A DNA stretch of 64,000 bases, taken from the NCBI GenBank assembly GCA_964016885.1, contig OZ024752.1, forward strand, positions 42,408,001 through 42,472,000, read 5' to 3'. Shown here piece by piece: positions 63,801 to 64,000 of the stretch; position 1 is the stretch's first letter, and each line of letters starts with the position of its first letter. Origin of the DNA: Eledone cirrhosa. Lineage: Eukaryota. A program made the translations under genes and the position numbers. Under the pieces are notes generated by a model. It was given only the letters and a program-made list of their open reading frames with translations, searched no databases and had not been told where the DNA came from.

Positions 63801-63955
63801 CACACTGTGTCTTTGCACTTCCTCTTAATCTCTATTTCTTCTTCTCTAGAAGACAACGCCTGTATTTAATACCGGAGAAGGATGCACTCCACTAAGTTTC
63901 AATAGCCAACACACGCCGAGTATCGCTACAGCTCAATCATGTGTTAAAGGGATAA

Positions 63956-64000
<45 letters not shown>

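Overview
Eukaryotic, very AT-rich, microsatellite-dominated window with a 200-N gap. It looks like an octopod cephalopod genome (inferred from tRNA-derived SINE families and repeat style). Almost all ORFs in the track are translations of (TA)n/(CA)n/trinucleotide arrays. One credible gene: an intronless, divergent ODAD3/CCDC151-like coiled-coil CDS (6023-7609, -). The rest is a TE mosaic: RTE, CRE-like, R4/Dong-like and L1/Tx1 fragments, tRNA SINEs, a Tigger/pogo deletion derivative, a hAT element with 8-bp TSD, mariner-like MITEs, and 29-bp and 56-bp satellites. The main hidden structure is a set of at least six short element families sitting between microsatellite tracts. They carry type I hammerhead ribozyme motifs (about a dozen complete or near-complete CUGAnGA...GAAA...NUH cores plus many 3' halves), mostly with palindromic stem III. 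Five of the families share a downstream YACTC...GAGTR hairpin, and copies often form fold-back inverted repeats, many centred on the ribozyme stem II. This points to Penelope-like/retrozyme-type elements.
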